Positions 28,512 through 34,391 of a stretch of 34,391 bases of DNA are shown here, piece by piece. Made by a program: the position numbers and the translations under genes. This DNA is from a virus (taxonomy: Duplodnaviria; Caudoviricetes): the IMG/VR virus record IMGVR_UViG_3300026270_000014, positions 1-34,391 of that record; one strand, written 5' to 3'. Numbering within the stretch: position 1 is the stretch's first letter; each line of letters begins with the position of its first letter. Under the pieces are notes generated by a model. That model was not told where the DNA came from, did no database searches, and worked only from the letters and a program-made list of their open reading frames with translations.

Positions 28512-28917
28512 ATGACTTGAGGATTCCTTTACCGTGTACTCTCACACGTATATGACCATTATAATAATCGTTTGATTCTAAAACCTTACGTGCAAACTGT
28601 TCACGTGCTTCTACATAGGATAATTCTGCTTTTGACTTGCAGTAGAAAAGTATTTCTCTTGTGAATTTGTCTTTACCAAGTTTGTTGACATCGATTGTCA
28701 AATCATCACTAGATCCATAATAGTCCTGCCAGTCAGAATCAACTTTGTATCTACGCTTGTTCTTTCTGCCTTTTAGTGGTGGACGAGATCTTTTGAATCT
28801 TGCTAGTTTTTTCCCAATGTACTTCCTACCGTTGGTTGTATTTGTTATGAGATAAACAAATCCCACAACATCTTCCGGCATATTGGTAATTTCATTTCCT
28901 TGGTATGTCCAATGCAT
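28510..28917 (-). CDS. Stand-alone GIY-YIG endonuclease (135 aa from the ATG at 28917)
   Basis: GFVYLITNTTNGRKYIGKK, YYGSS, FTREIL, candidate catalytic E (YVEAREQF) and YYN. The ATG at 28917 (MHWTYQG) lies 5 nt after a TTTAAATA late-like box and is preferred over the TTG at 28935. Confidence 0.85.
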   Translation of the reverse strand: MHWTYQGNEITNMPEDVVGFVYLITNTTNGRKYIGKKLARFKRSRPPLKGRKNKRRYKVDSDWQDYYGSSDDLTIDVNKLGKDKFTREILFYCKSKAELSYVEAREQFARKVLESNDYYNGHIRVRVHGKGILKS

Positions 28918-28940
28918 AACGGTATTTAAAGCCAAAAAGA

Positions 28941-28971
28941 TTGACCAACATTTTTATCTGTGTTATATAGT
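28941..28971 (+). promoter_or_regulatory. Sigma70-type promoter pointing into the non-coding structured region
   Basis: TTGACC (28941-46), 17 nt, TATATA (28964-69) preceded by TGn (extended -10). Confidence 0.6.
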
Positions 28972-28974
28972 AGT

Positions 28975-29402
28975 TGAAGGGCAACCGTATCCTTCCGCCA
29001 GGCACAACAGGCAAACAAATTTCAAATAGGCAAACATAGCATCGCAACCAGTGAGCAGGGAAATGCGGCTAACAAGCGACAGGTGAATCCCTTGATGCAC
29101 ACAGCAAAAAATGATGAGGCTCTGAGAAACAGCAACCTCAGGTTTACTGTAGATTATCATACAAAGATGCAGTAGGCTCGCGTTGGATAGTATAAGTTAA
29201 CGGGTACAGCACAACCGCCCGGCGATAGCAACGATGTATGGTGACTGCGAACTCAGTACACGGGTTAAAGTCGATACTGCTAGAAATAGCAGTATTGTGA
29301 CTGCTCATCTAGTACAGCAGGCGCATACGTTAAAAAAATGCGTTTGCGTAAATTAAAAAAGGAAACGAGCGTAAGCGAAGTTTCAGATGACGTAAGTCAT
29401 CT
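28975..29402 (+). ncRNA. Putative large structured non-coding RNA (~430 nt), class unassigned
   Basis: No credible ORF; visibly more GC-rich than the flanks; at least nine stems; GNRA loops (GAAA, GUAA x2); several G-U pairs that work only on the + strand; upstream promoter. Confidence 0.65.
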
Positions 29403-29425
29403 CACAGCATGAATTAAGTACTTGC

Positions 29426-30199
29426 ATGGAACTACTTTTCGATCACACTTTCGGCAAACAGGAACAACAGGATCTAGTAATATGTAGACCCATGGCCATA
29501 GTTGATGAGGATGAAGAAGCGGAAGCCATCGACAAGGGTTGGCTCGCATTGGATCATCCTGTGGCCAACAGGCCTGAAGTTTTTTATCAATCACGTAGCA
29601 CACGAATTGACCTAGACAAATTCCGTCCTCGCTACAAATCGCACACCCACAACGGCAAAGAGATCGGCGTAAAAGTTATCGACGCAAGTGAAATGGTTAG
29701 GCTTTTGGGACTGCCGCAAATATACAAGCAGTACATGGAGAGAAAAAAATTTGGCGCGGATTACAATCCTTTCGGCCACTATCACAAACGTGATCAGTTC
29801 ATGCTGTTCTACACAGGCACAGCAGATAACATCATAGGATTTACCAAACAGAAACGATACAGATATCAAGAAGAAAACTATTCTACCATAGACACATATG
29901 ACTCCCAGGATCTTGCCGGGTTGGAGAGTGTCATCCATGCCAACACCGTTCCCGTATCAGACATCACGTTGGATTTGGAGATCCAGTGGGCCAGCAACAA
30001 TTATGTGAGATATTTCTACATGGGATCAGGCTATGAACAGTCATCTGAATACAAAGCCAATTATCGAGGATTCGAGTGGTGGACTGGCACAGAATGGAGC
30101 ACCAATAAAAAACAGTACAAACGATTGTGTAGGAGGGACAGTAAACTTACTGATTTTTCTTCTCTCGGAAACCTTTCACTGATTCCAGATAATCTTTAG
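29426..30199 (+). CDS. Arginyl-tRNA-protein transferase (ATE1)/Bpt-like aminoacyl transferase (257 aa)
   Basis: N-terminal AIDKGW...YQSRSTRIDLDKFRP resembles ATE_N (L..GW/F...RI....F.P). C-terminal YFYMGSGYEQSSEYKANYRGFEW resembles ATE_C (Y.YLGY.I.....M.YK..F.P.E). Confidence 0.65.
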   Translation: MELLFDHTFGKQEQQDLVICRPMAIVDEDEEAEAIDKGWLALDHPVANRPEVFYQSRSTRIDLDKFRPRYKSHTHNGKEIGVKVIDASEMVRLLGLPQIYKQYMERKKFGADYNPFGHYHKRDQFMLFYTGTADNIIGFTKQKRYRYQEENYSTIDTYDSQDLAGLESVIHANTVPVSDITLDLEIQWASNNYVRYFYMGSGYEQSSEYKANYRGFEWWTGTEWSTNKKQYKRLCRRDSKLTDFSSLGNLSLIPDNL

Positions 30200-30698
30200 A
30201 CCAATTTTTGTAGTAAGGTCCCGCTTCCAACATCTTGGCGAACTTGTTCAATTTGGATAGACGTTGTGCTAGTATCAATGTGTATGAACCATTGTTCAAT
30301 TTGACTGTGCCCACGTGTTCCGGATCCTCTGGATGGTCTTCCAATATGACAACATCCTTGCTCATGAAATAATTGTTGAGATCTTCTGCTATCTTTTTGG
30401 TTTCCTTCAGACTAAAATGATCCGGTTGTGCTATCTGCACCAATACATCGATCTCATCAAAGTCTGCTTCTGTTATGTGTTGGTACACTGTGGCATAATC
30501 GGCCACACTATCCAGTTCTAAAAATTTTACTTTGTTTTCCAACATGGCCTTCCTGGCAAACGGGCAAGGTGGCAAATCGCCAAACACAGGATTAGGTTTG
30601 GTCACAAAGTCGTCGATCCACTGTGTTATAAACTCAGTAGGACTATTCGCTGTCTTGTTCTGTGTCTTCTGGTTCTGTTTTTTCTGTTGAGTCGTCAT
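30147..30698 (-). CDS. DUF1415-like hypothetical protein (183 aa)
   Basis: WIDDFV...LPPCPFARKA and EDHPEDP motifs resemble the DUF1415 W...V...LCPFA / FHP pattern; start uncertain. Confidence 0.55.
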   Translation of the reverse strand: MTTQQKKQNQKTQNKTANSPTEFITQWIDDFVTKPNPVFGDLPPCPFARKAMLENKVKFLELDSVADYATVYQHITEADFDEIDVLVQIAQPDHFSLKETKKIAEDLNNYFMSKDVVILEDHPEDPEHVGTVKLNNGSYTLILAQRLSKLNKFAKMLEAGPYYKNWSKDYLESVKGFREKKNQ

Positions 30699-30960
30699 GT
30701 ATGCCTTTTAATCTTTCTAGAGCCTCCTCTAGCAGTTTTTCTTTTGTTTCTAATTTAGCCTGGAGGTCTGAGATAACTTTATTTTGATCACCTATCTTGT
30801 GTCCTAAACTTTGCACATCAGATGTGGCGTGTTCAAGTTTGATTAACACCTGCTTCATCCGTGACTCTTTGCTTTTCACTTTCGCAAGAGCGTCATCCCT
30901 GTCCTGTGTGAGATCAGCGATGGCGGATTTTAGTTCTTTGACTAGGTCTTTTTCAGACAT
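30643..30960 (-). CDS. Coiled-coil hypothetical protein (105 aa)
   Basis: Heptad-rich sequence with an acidic tail; TATAATTA box 8 nt upstream (30969-30976). Confidence 0.7.
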   Translation of the reverse strand: MSEKDLVKELKSAIADLTQDRDDALAKVKSKESRMKQVLIKLEHATSDVQSLGHKIGDQNKVISDLQAKLETKEKLLEEALERLKGIHDDSTEKTEPEDTEQDSE

Positions 30961-31010
30961 ACAGTTTGTAATTATACATATTTTCTAATACCATTATAGT
31001 ATACTATATT

Positions 31011-31232
31011 TTAGAAGAAAGGTTGACCAGTTTTTTTGGTTGTTTCGAGGTTGTCCTTGACTAAATTACCAATAATCTCACGTTCTGTAGGACTCATAGC
31101 ATTGGCCTCATCATACGTGACACCACCTCGCATATACCAACATATCTTAAGTAGATCAAATTTAATTTCCTTTTGTTGTTTCTCCATATCATTTAAAGTT
31201 TTCATGATATCAGATTCCGATTGTGACAGCAA
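31011..31232 (-). CDS. gp51-like small hub/tail assembly chaperone domain (probably the -1 frameshift extension of the upstream ORF)
   Basis: LLKICWYMRGGVTYDEANAMSPTEREII resembles the gp51/gpT-like (S..E...M.P.ER) pattern; no clear RBS; frame open back through the TTTTTTC site. Confidence 0.65.
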   Translation of the reverse strand: MLSQSESDIMKTLNDMEKQQKEIKFDLLKICWYMRGGVTYDEANAMSPTEREIIGNLVKDNLETTKKTGQPFF

Positions 31233-31234
31233 GG

Positions 31235-32089
31235 TTATACGAAAAAATTTGCAGTATCAAAAGTAATAGGAACTTCGTAAGTTGCAGGAGCACCTTTTTT
31301 GATCTGCTCTTCTGTGGCTTTTAATTTTAGAGGTTTCACTGCACCTTGTGATCTAAGTGCAATTATTTTATTTTCAATCTCTTTGATAATTTTTGCATTT
31401 GCGTTTTCCATGAATTCTTTTATCTGGGCAGGGTCGGTCACCGTGGTACCATCTTGCATCGTGATAGTAGAAATATTTTTTAACATTATCGAACTGTTTA
31501 GATCAGTCAATGCTTTGAAACTTTCATTGAATCTCTTTGCTTTATCATCGTCCGACAGTTGAGAATCTTGCACAGCACTATACATTTTTTGTTGTGTGAA
31601 TGTTTGCTGTGACGCTGTCGTCATGTCTTTGTATGTCAATGGTCTAATGGCAAATTTTAATCCGTCCTCAAGCACGAATTCATCCTGTATCTGAGTGTTT
31701 TTGATTTCGTCCAGTAGTGCCGGTAAATTTTGTGAGTGTGTAACCTGTTCATTTGCACCAGGAACAGTAAAAGTAAAGTCCATTGTTTCACCATATGTTG
31801 CAATTCTGATCGCTATTAATATAGTGTCAAGGTCATAACTTTTTACCTGCCATGCATCTTTGATCTGTGGCACACAACTTTGTATTACTTCTACAACTCC
31901 CTCACCATTCATTAGTGCATCTGGAGTCTTAAACCTAATCTCGTCTTTGGCAGTCATTGGTTGTACACCTATTTCACCGGATTGTGATTGCTGTAACACG
32001 TGCGGAGGGTATGATGCTTTGGACGGCAACGTAACATAAATGCTAGGTTGTCTAAAATACTTGTTTAGTGGGTTACTATTTTCTACCAT
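31235..32089 (-). CDS. Baseplate hub assembly chaperone, gp26-like (284 aa)
   Basis: YVTLPS...QPMTAKDEI...DLDTILIAIRIATYGE...IRPLTYK...ITFDTANFF matches the gp26-type pattern; adjacent to the tape measure gene. Confidence 0.75.
   Translation of the reverse strand: MVENSNPLNKYFRQPSIYVTLPSKASYPPHVLQQSQSGEIGVQPMTAKDEIRFKTPDALMNGEGVVEVIQSCVPQIKDAWQVKSYDLDTILIAIRIATYGETMDFTFTVPGANEQVTHSQNLPALLDEIKNTQIQDEFVLEDGLKFAIRPLTYKDMTTASQQTFTQQKMYSAVQDSQLSDDDKAKRFNESFKALTDLNSSIMLKNISTITMQDGTTVTDPAQIKEFMENANAKIIKEIENKIIALRSQGAVKPLKLKATEEQIKKGAPATYEVPITFDTANFFV
31241..31247 (-). promoter_or_regulatory. Candidate -1 programmed ribosomal frameshift heptamer T-TTT-TTC
   Basis: In-frame X XXY YYZ slippery site with one codon (GTA) between it and the gp26-like stop; the -1 frame continues into the 73-aa ORF. 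Confidence 0.65.
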
Positions 32090-32099
32090 TTTTTTATTC

Positions 32100-32146
32100 T
32101 ATAAATATACACTAGTTGCGTATATGTGTCAATATTTATATGCGTA
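32100..32146. promoter_or_regulatory. Face-to-face pair of late promoters: TATAAATA (+, 32100-32107) and TACGCATATAAATA (-, 32133-32146)
   Basis: Two exact T4 late consensus boxes in the 81-nt gap between the divergent chaperone and tape measure genes. Confidence 0.75.
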
Positions 32147-32170
32147 TAAAAAGGGGCAAAATAAAGTCGT

Positions 32171-34309
32171 ATGGCTACATTAGAACAGATTATTAAGGAC
32201 TTACAAGCAATAGCAGACAGTGGTACTACGGGCGGTGCATCGACTGGTAGAAGGAAAGCCGCTGAAGAAAGTGCAAGACTCCTTAAATTAGCCAAAAACA
32301 TTAACAAGATTGACGACGAATCATTAAAGCAAAAACAGAGACTTTTGGAACAAGCAAGGAACCAATTCAAAATTGGTACCAAAGAGTACAGGCAGATTGA
32401 AGAACAGGTCAAAAGCACAGAAAAATTAATTACCGCCCAAGAAGATTTAAGAAACGTAACCAAAAAAGTTGGTGAGTCTTTCGTAGGATTAGGCAAGGCG
32501 GCATACAGAGGAACTGGTGCCTTCAGTGATTTCACAGATAATATTTTAGGTCTACAAACCATTGGTAGAGTATTTGATACAAACCTTGAAACGTTTAGAC
32601 AACTTTCAATGGTTGGTGGAAACTTTGGAAAAAGCATAGTCGACTTAAGACTGGCGGCAAGATCAGCGGCACTTCCCTTAGATGATTTTGCAAAACTAGT
32701 CGGAGGCAACGCAGAACAACTTGCGGCATTGTTCGGAAGCACAACACAAGGTGCACAAGGTATTGCAAGACTAGGTGCGGCGACAAGAGAATTTGGTTTA
32801 GACAGATTAGCACCACTAGGATTCACAGTAGATGAAATCAATGAAACACTATTGTTGAACTTAGATTCACAAAGAAGAACAGGAATACTAAACCAACTCA
32901 CTGACAGACAAAGAGTGCAAAGTGCAATTAATTTTGCAGAAGAATTAGATAGACTTGCAAAACTTACAGGTCAGCAAAGAGATGAATTAAGAAAACAAAT
33001 CGAACAACAACAAGCGAATGAAAGATTCCAAGCGTTCTTGCAAGGAGCGACAGACGAGACACGTCAAAGACTTCAAGCATTTGCGGCAACGGTTGGTGGA
33101 ATATCACCTGACCTAGCAGAAGGCTTCCAAGACTTGATTGCTAACGCAGGTGTGCCAGTAACTGAATCAGCACTTGCACTTGTTCAAAACATTCCGGGTG
33201 CTAGAGCAGTTATAGATGATCTAATTTCCGGAGTAACAACAAGTGAACAAGCACTTGTAAGGATAAGAGATCTTTCAGCGGGTAGCGTTGACAGATTTAG
33301 ACAAGCAACTGTTACCGGACAGGTAGAATTTTTAAGATTACAAGGTGGAATCATAAACTTGGGAAGAAGAGTTACAGATACCGGTGCTGTTTTAAATGAA
33401 CAAAACAAATCAGCAACTAGTCTTGTAAGCAACTTGACATCATTTGAACAGGCAACTAAAGTTTTATCAAGCCAATTCCAATCAATTGAAACAGGATTAT
33501 TACAAGCATTTGGTCCTGCCCTTGGAAAACTAGTTGGCGGCATACAAAGTATCATGAGTGGGTCGGGAACAATAGCCACCGCACTTGCAAACTTGCCTGG
33601 ACTAACAGCAGGATTATTCATTGCAGGACTATCAGGAAAATTATTATTTGGTGCGGCTAAACAAACATCCATTATTGCCGCTGGTACTAGAATAGGTACA
33701 GCACACTTGAAAGGTGGCATGGGTGGATTATTTGGCAAAGGTGGTGCGGCAAGGACAGTAGGAGGCGTTGCCGCTAAAGGTGTTGGCGGACTTGCAGGAT
33801 TAGGAATAGCCGCAGGAGGATATTCACAAGCCGCGACTGCAGAAACAACAGGCGGCAAAGTGTTAGGAGTGGCACAAGGTGCGGCAGGTGGTGCACTTAC
33901 TGGTGCTATGATAGGATCAATGATACCTGTTGTGGGAACAATGATTGGAGCCGCAATAGGTGGAATACTTGGTGCAGGTTCATCTTTATATGCGGCGTCA
34001 CAAAACAAAAGGGCATTTGGTGGCCCGATGGCAGAAGGGCAAACATACCTAGTGGGTGAAAGAGGACCTGAAATGGTTACAGCAGGAACGGCCAGCACAG
34101 TCACAGCAAACCAAGATCTTGCAAAAACATTTGACACTTCAGCATTAGAAACTAAAATGGCATCAATGGTAAATGAATTAAACAGCGCCAACAAGACCCT
34201 AACAAGTATGGTAAATGGCGTAAATACCCTTGTAGCAGTTGAAAGCCGGGCCTTAAAAGCAGTTGAAACATCCGCTCGTAAAGATGTAAATCAAGTAGGC
34301 ATGGTTTAG
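32171..34309 (+). CDS. Tail tape measure protein (712 aa)
   Basis: Long Ala/Gln-rich helical protein with Gly/Ala-rich hydrophobic segments and the RAFGGPM...YLVGERGPE motif typical of tape measure C-termini; next to the chaperone genes. Confidence 0.8.
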   Translation: MATLEQIIKDLQAIADSGTTGGASTGRRKAAEESARLLKLAKNINKIDDESLKQKQRLLEQARNQFKIGTKEYRQIEEQVKSTEKLITAQEDLRNVTKKVGESFVGLGKAAYRGTGAFSDFTDNILGLQTIGRVFDTNLETFRQLSMVGGNFGKSIVDLRLAARSAALPLDDFAKLVGGNAEQLAALFGSTTQGAQGIARLGAATREFGLDRLAPLGFTVDEINETLLLNLDSQRRTGILNQLTDRQRVQSAINFAEELDRLAKLTGQQRDELRKQIEQQQANERFQAFLQGATDETRQRLQAFAATVGGISPDLAEGFQDLIANAGVPVTESALALVQNIPGARAVIDDLISGVTTSEQALVRIRDLSAGSVDRFRQATVTGQVEFLRLQGGIINLGRRVTDTGAVLNEQNKSATSLVSNLTSFEQATKVLSSQFQSIETGLLQAFGPALGKLVGGIQSIMSGSGTIATALANLPGLTAGLFIAGLSGKLLFGAAKQTSIIAAGTRIGTAHLKGGMGGLFGKGGAARTVGGVAAKGVGGLAGLGIAAGGYSQAATAETTGGKVLGVAQGAAGGALTGAMIGSMIPVVGTMIGAAIGGILGAGSSLYAASQNKRAFGGPMAEGQTYLVGERGPEMVTAGTASTVTANQDLAKTFDTSALETKMASMVNELNSANKTLTSMVNGVNTLVAVESRALKAVETSARKDVNQVGMV

Positions 34310-34310
34310 G

Positions 34311-34339
34311 TTGCTCAAATGAATAAAAAAGTGTAATAT
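34311..34339 (+). promoter_or_regulatory. Sigma70-like promoter upstream of the final ORF
   Basis: TTGCTC (34311-16), 17 nt, TAATAT (34334-39); ATG at 34345. Confidence 0.45.
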
Positions 34340-34344
34340 ATAGT

Positions 34345-34391
34345 ATGGCTTGGAAAAAATATTTTAAAGATGCAAATATGTCTCCCATAAG
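34345..34391 (+). CDS. N-terminus of the next gene, probably the portal vertex protein (gp20-like); truncated
   Basis: MAWKKYFKDANMSPI... open to the window end. I recall M(S/A)WKKYF as the start of portal proteins in this kind of phage, but only 15 codons are visible. Confidence 0.45.
   Translation, partial: MAWKKYFKDANMSPI

Noticed and set aside
28510-28935. GIY-YIG as a mobile homing endonuclease or intron ORF
   Set aside because: No C-terminal DNA-binding modules and not inside an intron or a split gene; looks like a resident stand-alone nuclease.
28963-29160. 65-aa minus-strand ORF inside the structured region
   Set aside because: Atypical composition and no expression signals; the G-U pairing pattern favours a + strand RNA.
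29241-29316. CRISPR or TIGR-type guide array
   Set aside because: Only two partial repeats, and no Cas or Nop-domain gene recognisable in the window.
28975-29402. Identification as tRNA, tmRNA, RNase P RNA or a group I/II intron
   Set aside because: No cloverleaf, T-loop or CCA end; no GAGGAAAGUCC P4 motif; no recognisable group I P7 or group II domain V; flanking genes are intact and on opposite strands, so nothing is interrupted.
33184-34194. 336-aa minus-strand ORF (also 32083-32901, 272 aa)
   Set aside because: Antisense shadows of the tape measure gene, explained by its Gly/Ala codon bias; Pro-rich with no recognisable motifs.
1-34391. Stop-codon reassignment as in some large phages
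   Set aside because: Standard code gives near-complete coding density, including a 4285-aa ORF; TAA, TAG and TGA all appear as stops.

Overview
A 34.4-kb, AT-rich fragment of a large T4-like (myovirus-type) phage genome, read in the standard genetic code. Bases 1-23141 (minus strand) are a late baseplate/tail operon: gp48/54-like, gp53-like, gp27-like hub, gp5-like spike, gp25, gp6-like wedge, a 4285-aa giant virion protein and two further structural genes. Next comes the T4-syntenic gp55 (late sigma)-gp47-gp46 (Mre11/Rad50) block. An accessory stretch follows: minimal SDR, 2OG-Fe(II) oxygenase, Hc1-like basic protein, stand-alone GIY-YIG nuclease, ATE/Bpt-like aminoacyl-tRNA-protein transferase and DUF1415-like protein. 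The window ends with gp26/gp51-like chaperones, a tape measure gene and what is probably the start of the portal gene. The most notable observations are: (1) a ~430-nt, promoter-driven, highly structured non-coding element at 28975-29402 that I cannot assign to a known RNA class, sharing an AGGC-triplet motif with the gp55 leader; (2) a T-TTT-TTC -1 frameshift site that would fuse the gp26-like and gp51-like ORFs in lambda G/GT fashion; (3) a phage-encoded N-degron-type aminoacyl transferase; (4) apparently leaderless late transcripts; (5) recurrent DGST loops and a type-1 copper motif in the giant virion protein. All family assignments come from motif recognition by eye; no database searches were run.
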